Positions 1-17,156 of a DNA stretch of 64,000 bases are shown piece by piece. Positions within the stretch are counted from its first letter, which is position 1. The number at the start of each line of letters is the position of its first letter. The position numbers were made by a program, and so were the translations under genes. The notes beneath the pieces were generated by a model. The model made no database searches. It had not been told where the DNA came from and saw only the letters and a program-made list of their open reading frames with translations. The stretch is from Anthoceros angustus (taxonomy: Eukaryota; Plantae; Anthocerotophyta): the NCBI GenBank assembly GCA_010909165.1, contig MU008169.1:1860001-1924000 (forward strand), given 5' to 3'.

Positions 1-272
1 GGATGGAACACTATCCTATCGATCCACAGCATCAAGTTAATAAAATAACGTTAATAAAATAACTAGGCACCGTACGCCATGGAGCATTTCGGCAAAAAAT
101 AATTTTCCATTTATTAAAAATTGAAACTCTTCGGACCTTGATGCCCAACTTATGAAAAATAGTGGACCGATCGCTGATGAAAACAGAGAATTATAATCCT
201 CAGTATAAGAGGTAGAGGGTTTTTCTGCATAACTTCTGTCAAACAAGTAGCTGGAGCCACTTTTCGCCACGG

Positions 273-552
273 TGGGAAAGGCGGCCACAGAAGCCGACTT
301 TGTTTACGGCAATTTCGCTCAAGCCCGGAACCTGGGCCTAGGCAAAACTTGGGGGCATGTATACTTTGAAATATTTATGTAAAGTCTCTAAATTCTCTAA
401 AACCAAACTTCGGGAAAAGGCGGCTGCGGAAGCCAGCTTTTTTTTCGACGATTTCGCTCAAGCCCGGAGCCCGGGCCGGGGCAAAATTTCGGGCACCTGT
501 ATACTTTGAAATATCTATATAAAATCTCCAAATTCTCTAAAACCCAGCTTTC
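273..552. repeat. Two-copy degenerate tandem repeat (~140 bp unit) upstream of the PPR gene
   Basis: ATTTCGCTCAAGCCCGGA...TGTATACTTTGAAATAT...AAATTCTCTAAAACC occurs at ~312-405 and again at ~451-544. Confidence 0.8.
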
Positions 553-676
553 GTGCCCGGAAGCCATGCAGGTAGGCGAGGGGAATGTCGGACCCCAAAA
601 TTGCCCAATAGAAGAAACTCTTTGTGGAATCTGATCGTTTTCGTCGCCAGAAAAGTCCTTTAAGAGGTTCCTACGA

Positions 677-3600
677 ATGCTATCCACCGAAGGGGCACCG
701 GTTTCTTCTCTTAAAAAAAAGGCTCGGGCCTGCACTATGCATAGGGTGCAACGAGCTAAACCTCCGCACATGCCAATGGCATGTGGGCCCTACATCACAT
801 CATGCCATGATACATGTATGTTCACACATCCCCTCGCCGTTCGCACCTTGCAAGTCTTGCAGTTACTGCCTAGGCCGTCCCAGTTCTCGCTCCAGGCTCA
901 CCAGGCGATGCGTCGGCGGGGACCATTGTGGACTCGACAAATTGGTGTATGTGCAAGGATTCTACGAGCTCCCGCTCAGCTCACTTCAGGGAGTGACCCC
1001 CCGGGCCGAGCAAACAGCCGAGCCTTCAGGTCGAGCAATGTCAGGAGCCCAGCATTTCCACTTCCGAGAAAATCTGTGGATTGGGATGCGCTATCCAGCG
1101 ATGGCCGTCGCCAGGAGCAGGAGCACTTGTGGCACCAATTTTTTCTGGACCCTACCATGTGGTGGGACAACAGACGGGCTAAGAAGAGCTCCCGATCGCC
1201 GGACTTCCGGCGTAAGGGGTCCGGCGAGGTGCTGTGGTTAAACAGGATCAAGCCAGCTTGGGTTGATGAGCAGCTCCTTTCCTTGGATATGCAGATGGGG
1301 CATGGTACCTCTCCTTCCGAGTCCAGGTTTCCGGATAAGGCTGAACCTGGCAGGCGGGGAGGATCGGGAATGGGCGTCGTTACGGCTGTAACAGTGAGCA
1401 CGTTGTGTCAGCAGGGGAGGCTTTCTGAGGCCGTTGGAGCCCTGGAATCTCTCGCGCAGACAGACTGTGCTATTTCTCAGTCTCTGTTTTGGACTGTGCT
1501 GAAACTGTGTACTGCGAAGAAGGATCTGGCTGTGGGGCGACGAGTTCATGATCTCACTGTCAAACTCGGGCATGAGTCGGATGCATACTTTGGGAACCTT
1601 ATCTTGCGCATGTATGCAAGGGGAGGTAGTCTGCAGGGGGCCATGGATGTGTTCTCCAGGGTGCGCAAACCTAATGTCTTCATGTGGTCTTCCATGATCT
1701 CTGCATATGCTAAGCATGGAAAACCTGACGAGGCCATACAACTGTACCATGAAATGCATTGGTCAGGAGTGAAGGCGGATGCTCACGTCTTTGTAGCTGC
1801 TCTCCAGGCTTGTGCATTTGCCGTTGACTTGGAATCTGGGAGAAAAGTGCACTGTGATGTGTTGCACAGTGGCATTCCTCCTGACTTGTTTGTTGGCACC
1901 TGCCTGGTGGACATGTATGCAAAATGTGGTGAACTGAAAGATGCACGCCGGGTTTTCGACAGCATGGTCACAAAGGATGTGGTAACATGGAACGCCCTGA
2001 TTGCTGGGTATGCAAAATGTGGTGAACTGAAGGATGCACGCCAGGTTTTTGACAGCATGGCCTCAAAGGATGTGGTGACGTGGAATGCCCTGATAGCTGG
2101 GTATGCTGACCAAGGGCTTGGACATGAGGCACTTGTTCTGTATGGACAAATGGAGCAGGAAGGGCTGATTTTGGCCAACCATGTTACTTTTGCTTGCCTT
2201 CTGAAGGCCTGTGCAAGTACTGGTGCCTTACAGAAGGGCAAGCAGCTGCACTCACAGATTGTGAAAAGCGGACTGCTGGATGATGTAGTGTTGGGCAACT
2301 GCCTAGTGGACATGTATGCAAAATGTGGTGAACTGAAGGATGCACGCCAGGTTTTTGACAGCATGGCCACAAAGGATGTGGTGACCTGGAATGCCCTGAT
2401 AGCTGGGTATGCCGACCAGGGGCTCGGACATGAGGCACTTGTTCTGTATGAACAAATGGAGCAGGAGGACCTGATTTTGGCTAATCGTGTTACTTACACT
2501 TGCCTTCTCAAGGCCTGTGCAAGCACTGGTGCCTTACAGAAGGGTAGGCAGCTGCACTCACAGATTGTGGAAAGAGGAGTGCTGGATAACTTAGTGTTGG
2601 GCACCTGCCTGGTGGACATGTATGCAAAATGCGGTGAACTAGAAGATGCACGCCAGGTTTTTGACAGCATGAACACAAAGGATTTGGTGACATGGAATGC
2701 CCTGATTGCTGGGTATGCAAAATGTGGTGAACTGAAGATGCACGCCAGGTTTTTGACAGCATGGCCTCAAAGGATGTGGTGACATGGAATGCCCTGATAG
2801 CTGGGTATGCACCAAGGGCTTGGACATGAGGCACTTGTTGTATGGACAAATGGAGCAGGAGGGCTGATTTTGGCCAACCATGTTACTTTTTGCCTTCTGA
2901 AGGCCTGTGCAAGCACTGGTGCCTTACAGAAGGGCAGGCAGCTGCACTCACATTGTGAAAGAGGACTGCTGGATGATGGTGGTGGGCACCTGCCTGGTGG
3001 ACATGTATGCAAAATGTGGTGAACTGGAAGATGCACGCCAGGTTTTTGACAGCATGGCCACAAAGATGTGGTGACATGGAATGCTGATTGCTGGGTATGC
3101 ACAGCAAGGGCTCGGACATGAGGCGCTTGTTGTGTATGGACAAATGGAGCAGGAGGCCTGATTTTGGCTAACCATGTTACTTGCCTTCTGAAGGCCTGTG
3201 CAAGCACTGGTGCCTTACAGAAGGGCAGGCAGCTGCACTCACAGATTGTCGAAAGAGGACTGCTGGATAACGTAGTGTTGGGCAACTGCCTGGTGGACAT
3301 GTATGCAAAATGTGGTGAACTGGAAGATGCACGCCAGGTTTTTGACAGCATGGCCACAAAGGATGTGGTGACATGGAATGCCCTGATTGCTGGGTATGCA
3401 CAGCAAGGACTCGGACATGAGGCGCTTGTGTATGGACAAATGGAGCAGGAGGCCTGATTTTGGCTAACCATGTTACTTTTGCTTGCCTTCTGAAGGCCTG
3501 TGCAAGCACTGGTGCCTTACAGAAGGGCAGGCAGCTGCACTCACAGATTGTGGAAAGAGGACTGCTGGATAACGTGTTGGGCACCTGCCTGGTGGACATG

Positions 3601-6097
3601 TATGCAAAATGTGAACTAGAAGATGCACGCCAGGTTTTTGACAGCATGAACACAAAGGATTTGGTGACATGGAATGCCCTGATTGCTGGGTATGCACAGC
3701 GAGGACTCGGCCAAGAAGCACTTGTTGTGTATGGACAAATGGAGGAGGCAGGCCTCATTTTGCCTGACAATGTTACTTTTGCTTGCCTTCTGAAGGCGTG
3801 TGGAAGCACTGGTGCCTTGCAGAAGGGCAGACAGCTGCACTCACAGATTGTCGAAAGAAGACTGCTGGATGATGGAGCAGTGGCCCACTGCCTGGTGGAC
3901 ATGTATGCAAAATTTGGTGAACTGAAAGATGCACGTCAGGTTTTTGAAAGCATGGCTAAAAAAGATGTGGTGACATGGACGGTGCTGATCGCTGGGTATG
4001 CACAGCAAGGGCTCGGGCAAGAGGCGCTTGCCGTGTATGAAAGAATGGAGCAGGAGGGGCTCATTTTGGCTGACCATTTTACTTTTGCTTGCCTTCTGAA
4101 AGTCTGTGCAAGCACTGGTGCCTTACCAAAGGGCAGGCAGCTGCACTCACTGATTGTTCACAGAGGACTGCTGGATAACGTAGTGGTGGGCACCTGCCTG
4201 GTGGACATGTATGCAAAATGTGGTGAACTGGAAGATGCACACCAGGTTTTTGACAGCTTGTCCACAAAGAATGTGGTGACATGGACTGCCCTGATTTCTG
4301 GGTATGCACAGCAAGGACTCGCCAAGAGGCGCTTGTGTATGGACAAATGGAGCAGGAGGGCCTGATTTTGGCTAACCATGTTACTTTTGCTTGCCTTCTG
4401 AAGGCCTGTGGAAGCACTGGTGCCTTACAGAAGGGCAGGCAGCTGCACTCACAGATTGTGAAAGAGGACTGCTGGATGATGGAGTGGGCACCTGCCTGGT
4501 GGACATGTATGCAAAATGTGGTGAACTGGAAGATGCACGCCAGGTTTTTGACAGCATGAACACAAAGGATGTGGTGACATGGACCGCCCTGATTGCTGGG
4601 TATGCACAGCAAGGACTCGGCCAAGAGGCGCTTGTTATGTATGGACAAATGGAGCAGGAGGGCCTGATTTTGGCTGACCATGTTACTTTTGCTTGCCTTC
4701 TGAAGGCCTGTGCAAGCACTGGTGCCTTACAGAAGGGCAGGCAGCTGCACTCACTGATTGTCGAAAGAGGACTGCTGGATAACGTAGTGGTGGGCACCTG
4801 CCTGGTGGACATGTATGCAAAATGTGGTGAACTGGAAGATGCACGCCAGGTTTTTGACAGCTTGGCCACAAAGAATGTGGTGACATGGACTGCCCTGATT
4901 GCTGGGTATGCACAGCAAGGACTCGGACATGAGGCGCTTGCTGTGTATGAACGAATGGAGCAGGAGGGCCTGATTTTGGCTAACCATGTTACTTTTGCTT
5001 GCCTTCTGAAGGCGTGTGGAAGCACTGGTGCCTTACAGAAGGGCAGGCAGCTGCACTCGCACATTATTGAAAGAGGACTGCTGGATGATGGAGTGGTGGG
5101 CACCTGCCTGGTGGACATGTATGCAAAATGTGGTGAATTGGAAGATGCACGCCAGGTATTTGACAGCATGAACACAAAGGATGTGGTGACATGGACCGCC
5201 CTGATATCTGCGTATGGTACTTGTGATGAAGGTCACAAGGCACTAGATTGTTTTGAGGATATGTTAGTTGCTGGTGTTCAGCCTAATGATGCTACTTTTA
5301 CTTGCCTTTTAGTGGCATGCAGTCACGAGGGACTGGTCCACGAGGGTCGCAAGCTCTTTGACTCCATGGCCAAACAGCATGACATCAAACCTACTATTGA
5401 GCATTGCAATTGCATGATTGATCTTCTTGCGCGTGCTGGCCATTTAGATGAGGCAGAGAAGATGCTATTATTATGTGAGGACCAAAGTAATGTTGTGGGC
5501 TTGACGTCTTTGTTGAATGCCTGCAAAAGTCACGGGGATATAGAGAGGGCGATGCGGTGTTTTCAAAGCATTGTTAGGCTGGAGCCCCAGGAGGCGCCTG
5601 CCTATGTGCTCATGGCCAATGCCTACGCAGATGCAGGCAGGTGGACCGATGTAGACAGGATTGAAACACAGAGAAGGGCAGCAGGGGCTGACAAGAAACC
5701 TGCAGTGGCAACCATTGAGGTGAATAAGCAGGTACATAGATTTTTGGTGGGAGACAGGAGAGAGGATATTGCACTTAAGGTAGAGAGCACGAATGCACGT
5801 CTGAAGGAGGAAGGAGGCCACGTTCCTCACACAAAGTTAGTGTTGAAGAAAGTGTGTGAGAAGGAAAAGGAAGACGTGCTTTGTGGGCATGCTGAGAAGC
5901 TAGCTCTAGCGTTTGGTCTCTTGAACACTCCAAGTGGGACATCGCTGGTGGTAACTAAGAATCTACGCATGTGCAGTGACTGCCACAGTTCCACAGAGAT
6001 CATGTCAAAGCTTGAACACAGAGACATTGTTGTAAGGGATGGATACCGTGTGCATCGGTTCGCAGCAGGTTCTTGCAGTTGTAAGGGTCAACTGTGA
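677..6097 (+). CDS. PLS-class pentatricopeptide repeat RNA-editing factor: transit-like N-terminus, PDF motif, (P-L-S)n, P2-L2-S2, E1-E2, DYW:KP; intronless; frameshifted between ~2730 and ~4480
   Basis: ORFs 677-2782, 3164-3457, 3460-4365 and 4391-6097 carry repeated VVTWNALIAGY / HVTFACLLKAC / LVDMYAKCG motifs. The C-terminus reads KKPAVATIEV...GHAEKLA...KNLRMCSDCH...CSCKGQL. The start codon is uncertain (several upstream Met codons). Confidence 0.92.
1127..1276 (+). other. PDF motif (OSB organellar ssDNA-binding protein type) inside the PPR gene
   Basis: LWHQFFLDPTMWWDNRRAKKSSRSPDFRRKGSGEVLWLNRIKPAWVDEQL fits the LW..FF..P..WWDNR..K....PDF..K..GE.LWL....P.WV..QL pattern of OSB PDF motifs. 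Confidence 0.85.
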
Positions 6098-7293
6098 GAA
6101 AAATGAAGAAGAGCAGGGTGGAACAGGTGGATGGGTACCAGGCGGGAAGTGGAAGATCATGACATGACTAGCACCCCTGGGCAGCCGTTGTCTAGCTGAC
6201 TGCAAGCAGCATCACAGTGTCTCAACCTAGACTCTGAAACTCATCAGCAGGGACGTGGAGGAGTGGCTGCAGCAATGGCAGCCTACATGAGTGCTGATAC
6301 ATATTCAGGAGGTGGCAGCCCCGAATCAACATGCATTGTGAGGGCACACACTGATGAAATGTCACACTCTGTGTGATCTGCAAACCATAAGACTCATCAG
6401 GTAAAATTGCACATGACGGAGTAACCTCTAGCATCAGTGCATGAAGTCGGGGGCCTGCTATGAAGTGAACCACCCCCATCCTTGATAAATGCACCCTGCA
6501 AAACGAGGAGGCAAGAGGATTTCACAGCTTACAAGAATGCCTACCGACGTGACCATGTCAATTCCACGCCCAGTCCAGAGACCCGAATGACATCTTTCTT
6601 GCAACACACGAACCGGCCATGATTATTCTTCACACCTCAAGTCTTCTCACACCTCATAAGCAAAACCTGAGAGAGGATACACCAGCAACGTTGAAGGCTC
6701 CATAGGTAGGGGACGGCGGTCCTCTGGAGGCTATCCGCCGGCAAGTGAATGCCTCTTTGGAAGGTAAGTTGCCTCCTAGCCACATTAGTTAAAACGAGGG
6801 ACGGGAAAACCAAATGCAAATATTCTTCTCATTTCTTCTTACTGCTTAACGAACTCCATCGTTACGGACTGCATGCGTAGCGAGTCAGAATCCGTGATCG
6901 CTGGATCAAGAACATTCTACACTCTCCAGACAGATTTCCAGCCTATCTGGACATCAAAGCGCAACTTGAAATGTTCTCCAATGACAGCCATTCCAGTGGA
7001 CTGAAAATGTTATATCATGACAACAATTTCACATGAAGACATGCAGTTTGTATAACCTCAACCCAATACCATCACGTGTGCAAGATACTTGTTCACTCAC
7101 ATAAGCATATCTCTAGAGGTTATCAACACTCCATTTCCATTTCCTCATCTTGCTTTGAGCTCATTGTAATGTGGTTCCATACTGCCGCAGGACTCCACCG
7201 TGCTGCCACCAATACCACTAAGTAGTTCGATGCATGAAGACCAGATAGTTGCGAACACAGGCCACATACCGGCAAACACGCCTCCACCACAAT

Positions 7294-7365
7294 ACCAATT
7301 AACATGGAACAAAGTTGGAGCACCAATTAACATGGAACAAAGTTGGAGCACCAATTAACATGGAA
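7294..7365. repeat. 28-bp tandem repeat, ~2.5 copies
   Basis: ACCAATTAACATGGAACAAAGTTGGAGC repeated. Confidence 0.85.
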
Positions 7366-8068
7366 GCTCCGTCAAAGGGTTGGATCAATACTCTAACTAA
7401 ATACAAAATGCAAAGGAGTAAAGAGATATAACTTACTATTATACTATCTTTACTCAATATAAAAATGAGGATACACTGCATATATAGACTTAAGTTTGAT
7501 TGATATAATCTAGAGAAATATAAATTTAATTTCCATCCTTTGAGCTCGTTGTAATGTGTTTTTTCATTTTCCTTCGGGCATTTGGTAGTTTTAAAATGCT
7601 TGATCGTGGGGGCTAGTCCCCCGAATCTATACTTGATCTCTTAGGCTATGAGCAATATTACTACCTAATCTAAATCGAATTCCTTGAATCACGATTAATG
7701 ACTCTCGGTCCCACTTCATCACGTGATGGATAAGTAGGGGTGAGTCGTACATGCGTATGTAGGGAGGGGGTTACGTATGGCACCGTGCGGTTACGGCTGC
7801 GCATTCCGCAATCTGTAAAATTGAGGCTGCGAATCCGTTGCGGTTGCATGCTGCGGGAGCCCGAACCCTAATCTTGCACCCTTTGGCTTCTTTGCTGCAA
7901 GCTCTTTGCTCAACGTGGCCGGAACCCTCTATGAGGCGGTCCGCAGTATCATGAACGCCGCCATCACGTAGGTGGCCCAGACCCGGTCTAGTGACGAAGA
8001 CGGGCATCATCGAGCGCAACAGTGGCGGCCATGTCATTGTGGCCCTGGAGAAGCTGCTCGTTGCGCAG

Positions 8069-12649
<4,581 letters not shown>

Positions 12650-14724
12650 CTGGTTGTATTGATTGTTGGCCCCAATGCTCTCCCCTAGCGAGGCTCTGCA
12701 GTGTGTAGGCATCAGATGTGATTTAGACGATTTTGGGGAGGTTTTGGCTAGGTACTACCAGTTGTAAAGATTTTATTCACTGTCATAAGCGTGCAGAGCC
12801 TCGGAGTTTGTCCAGTACACTTCCAGGTGCTGTGCTCATCCTACCTAGGCTGCAATGGGACACTCAAGTTGTTCAGGACCTGTCTGCTCTTTGACCATAT
12901 TTGGTGCTTTGTGCGCTGCACAAGGCACAAGCACAGTTCGTGCGAGGTTGGTGCTGATAAGCAGTATGAAGATCACATATGTTCCTTGGCGATACTCCTA
13001 GAGGATAAACTGTTTCTATTGTAAGACAACACTCCAAGAGTGTTATTTCGTTCACTTGTCGCTGGTAACCGTTTTGTCTGGTGGATAATGTTCTCCTTAA
13101 TTTGCGGTGATGTGCTGTCTTTTTCTTCAACATGAACCTGTGAAAGCTTTTGATGAACGATATGGCTCTGCATGAAAGGTAGCAGGTAATTAGACTCTTT
13201 TGGGAGTCGGTGCTCAAGATCTTCAAGTATCTGAAGTTGGATGAGCTTGAGAAGCTGGTCATCATTTAGGGTGTCTGTGGTACGAGTTTGTCAGTATTTG
13301 TCCAAAGAAAAAAACGCACGGATTACTGTGATTGTATGCAAAACTCTAGGTGAAACTGATTTGAGCTCGGAAGTAGAGACGGTTGGTGGTTTTAGAAGTG
13401 TAGAGAGTCTGGTCAGCTAGGTGTTACATTTTTTGTGGAATCGCATATTGTCTGATATCCTCTCTTTCGTACAGGGATGTCACAGGTTCTCCAGGACAAG
13501 TATCCGATGTATTTGGTAGGTAACAGACGGCAAAGGTATTGGTGTCAGATCAATTGGGGGCAGGAGAGTGCGGAGTGTTCGGGTCCTACTTTTGCATTGG
13601 GCGGTCCACGATACTTACTGGTTTGATGTCTTCATGGTTGTCCCCTTGGAAGTGCTCGCTCTCCTGTATTTTGTCATGTCTGAAGTGAGAAGTACTTGGC
13701 AGATAGTCACGTTAGTGTCTTACAAATGTTGGCCAATTTAAGTTCCATTGCCAGAGGAGTATCTTGCTTACTGGTCACAGTGCTATGCTGCTAGTTGGAG
13801 GTAAGCATGCTATACTCTCCCAAAAATTGAAGATCTGACGGATCTATACCCCTCTGTAGTCAAGCTTTCGGGTGTCTTAGGACACACACTTAGGGGGGAT
13901 CGAATTTCCTGTTACGCTTCGGACAGGTGATTAAGAGTAAAAGAATGCTGACTACTTGTCGTCGTTACCAAAATACCTGACGATGCTCAGCTTCGTATGT
14001 ATAGCTGTCTGCTGTTGATTTGAAACTGGATTTTCTTTGTTGATTTGGAAACTCGTGCGGGCTTGCATCATGATTCCACAAATCTTTGATAGGTATCCCT
14101 GGCGGCCCTTGTTTCTGCGAGCCGGGTGTTTGGATCCTGATAGGTAGCTTTTGGCTATGGAAGGTCAGATGGCTTGTCACTTAAGAGGTCTCCCAATGTC
14201 GAACCTAGGATTCGTTCCAGTGTAGCGGGAATTGGGGTGGGCCACTATGTCATCCTTTGCTTAAGTGCTCAGGGCAGGTCGACCAGAAGCTCCGTACCTC
14301 TGGGGCCTAGTTCATCTCGCTAAGGCCTCAGTAGAAACGAAGTGGGTTCCGGTGCTGTCACTGATTTGTAGGTTCCCCGATCGCGTCTTGCTGTATTAAG
14401 GAGTCGACTACATCTATGCAGATGTCGATAGAATGGTCTGAGAAAGTTAATAGTGCAAGCATTGAGGCAAGCAGGTCCATTCGTCCGCAATGAGGGGATG
14501 ACATCTCCATCTTAGAGCATAATTCAGAGATGCGAGTGATATACTCGCAAGTGAATATCTGTACATCGAACTCTCTAGTTCAACCCGTAGACCAGGTGCA
14601 TTGTTTCTTGTATTAGCTTGGGCTTATGTTTAATGAATAATTCTTGCGAAGAACTCGAAGCTTGCAGTTGTTCGCTTCAAGAATCCAAGATAGCAGTGGG
14701 AGTCTCGTCCTCAACGTGAAAGGT

Positions 14725-15708
14725 ATGCAGGGTTGCCTTGGAGCCCTGACATGGGCAACACTGGGAGCATTGACATGGGCAACCGTGGGAAGCGTGACAT
14801 GGGCAAGGCCAGCGCAATTGAGCTACGAGCGGCATGGCCCTGGGCACCCTCTGCACTTGCTGGGTGCTAGCGTATTCCTCAGAGTGAACGTCCCGCCTCT
14901 CATCAAGCAGCAGCAGCAGGAGCAATTCGGGCTGACATTCTGCTCCGACCCCAACTGCTCCCTGGACGTCTCGGATGAGGACGCTGTGGACATCGGGCAC
15001 AGAATTTGGGTGAACGAATGCGGCGGCACTATCGAGGGCCTCACCACCTGGAACATCGGGGAGGAATTCGCGTCTTTGGGAATAGGGCACACCATCTGGT
15101 ATCCTGCCGGCGTCCGCGGGCCCTTCCAGGAGTCTTTCCCCTTGCTGGTCCGCTTCCTGGTCGATCAGGAGGGGGTGGTGATACCCGGCTGGCTCACCTA
15201 TGAGGGATCCCCTGACATTGTCACGCCTTGTCCCTGGCGAAGCAAGGCGGAGTTCGACGCGGCACAGGCGTCGCCGCAGATGCTGCAGCTCCGTACCCTG
15301 CTCGCCACCACTGTCAAGGAGCAGTGCCATTTCCTCGCTCGGAGGTTTCAGGAGGCGCTGCCCAAGATCCTGCTCAAGGCGCCTGTGGAAGAAAGAGAAG
15401 TTTTAAGCGCCAGGTTCTACAGCGTCGCTGCCGAGCACCTGGGCTTGTATCCTCTCATGGACTACACCAACTTCAAAGGCGAGGGCACCAGTAATACAGA
15501 GAAGTATCTAGGAGAAGGCTGGGGTCTGCTCCAGGTGCTGCAAAACATGGAGGACACTCTACCCGACGGAAGTATGCATGCCAAGCAAGCCTTTGTCGCA
15601 TCTGCCAAGCAGATGCTAACTCGCAGGGTTGAGAACTCTCCTCCCAATAGAGGTGAGAGACGATGGCTCCTCGGCTGGTTCAATCGCCTCGACACTTACT
15701 TGCTCTAG
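14725..15708 (+). CDS. Bacterial-type conserved hypothetical protein with lysozyme/muramidase-like motifs; candidate HGT gene
   Basis: Intronless GC-rich ORF (open from 14644, first ATG 14725): IWVNECGG...WNIGEEFASLGIGH.IWYP...FQESFP, YPLMDYTNFKGEG...GWGLLQVL, RRVENSP...RWLLGWFNRLDTY. It resembles a bacterial hypothetical family as I recall it, not a plant family. Confidence 0.75.
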   Translation: MQGCLGALTWATLGALTWATVGSVTWARPAQLSYERHGPGHPLHLLGASVFLRVNVPPLIKQQQQEQFGLTFCSDPNCSLDVSDEDAVDIGHRIWVNECGGTIEGLTTWNIGEEFASLGIGHTIWYPAGVRGPFQESFPLLVRFLVDQEGVVIPGWLTYEGSPDIVTPCPWRSKAEFDAAQASPQMLQLRTLLATTVKEQCHFLARRFQEALPKILLKAPVEEREVLSARFYSVAAEHLGLYPLMDYTNFKGEGTSNTEKYLGEGWGLLQVLQNMEDTLPDGSMHAKQAFVASAKQMLTRRVENSPPNRGERRWLLGWFNRLDTYLL

Positions 15709-16109
15709 GCACCTAGTGGTTGTAAGCGGATATGAAACAACTATCCGATGTTAAATATTTCTCAGATACGTGTAGAAGAAGAATTTTATTGAAGTCCACT
15801 AAGGACGGATTTCCGTCATGGGACTTGGTACTTAACAACTTGTACCATGGTGTGCCTACATATGCTTAGTTTGAAATCTCCTAACAAAGTTAGGACACTA
15901 TGGACTCACAGCTAGTGAAATCAATTTCAATCTGTCCAAATACTCATCCACCTAGGCTCAACGAGCAATTTGCAATGAACATTCAATTTTTCTTGAACCG
16001 ATGAACCCCCCCCTCCCTCCTATCCCAAACTAACAACCTACGGCCTGCTGTAGGAAACTGAACCACATACTTTTTATCTCTAATCACTTGTCCCTTAAAG
16101 GACTATGGA

Positions 16110-16720
16110 AATGGAGACTTCATAAATTTGCATAGATGGAAGGTCGCATCTGTATCAAGGCGATGAAGAACAATCCTCTAGAGGGTCCAAGAACATGTTG
16201 AACTAGCCCCCGCAATCGTCTACCCCTAAAGCTACCTACTGCTCCCAAGTTGTCATAGTCCGGAATACGGAAGGGCCTACTTTCCACTGGGGCTGAAGAT
16301 GATGCGTCCCTCGCGTTCAATGCCGTCTTGAATATTCTGTTGGCCAACGGCCTATGCAAGGCGATGGATACTCGTTACCAGAAAAATGCAACCACACAGG
16401 ATAGAGGGAGACCTAACTAGTTCGCGGGGATGTGGTATGCTTTAGCACATTGTCAAGCCTTGATAAACTTTGAGATGTCCTTGTCCATGGCCCCATGAGT
16501 CTCGGTAGCATTTTGAATGAAAACATGCCCTTCCTGCATGGGGGTGTACTTGAGAACCTTGGCAATTGCGCCTCCTTCCGCCGCCCATCCCAAAGGGTTG
16601 ATGATGATATGCTCAGAGATGGTGTTTTGAGAGACCATATTTGCAACAAAGACCTAGTCCCCCCGGGTGAGGAAAAGGTTAGCCATCGAGGAGCATCGTT
16701 AGGCAAAGAATATGAGCATG
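16110..16720 (-). mobile_element. Degraded 3' fragment of an RLE-type (CRE-like) non-LTR retrotransposon
   Basis: Broken frames read GWAAEGGAIAKVLKY...ETHGAMDKD...RVSIALHR, the K..KY / E..G / SIALQR C-terminus of the RLE domain. Confidence 0.6.
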
Positions 16721-17132
16721 CAACACGATAATATTTGAAGCGGCTGAATATACGAACCCGCTTCCGGAAATCAAAAACCCTCTTGCGCAAATCTTGACGT
16801 TAACTATATTGCATATTTAAGCATGTTTTGATTATTTGGGGTAGGTGGTATTCCTTCCGATTGTAATTTCAATCCATTTGTAAGAGCAATACCTGTCTAG
16901 GTACGGTGGTTGGCGCCGGCTTACCAGTGCCCATACCGAACCCCTCCGACATGTTTACAATAGGATGTCATGGATGGATCAAAAATCGGCCCTGAAGGCA
17001 TTACTCGTGAAAGGATTGATCGGTCGCGGCATCTTGCTACCTAACACAAAGTTCAACATAACGGTATGCAACCCTCGACCCACAGAAGTGCGCCCTAACC
17101 CGCACGCTCGTCAAAACAAGGCTGAGACCCTA

Positions 17133-17156
17133 AACCCTAACCCTAGGGTTAGGGTT
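17133..17156. repeat. Perfect 24-bp palindrome of telomere-like units
   Basis: AACCCTAACCCT-AGGGTTAGGGTT. Confidence 0.9.

Noticed and set aside
1783-5175. Long minus-strand ORFs over the PPR array
   Set aside because: Antisense shadows of the repetitive PPR coding strand
6480-7120. Possible minus-strand gene fragment (GEHFKLRFDVQIGWKSVW...)
   Set aside because: Interrupted by stops and I cannot assign a family
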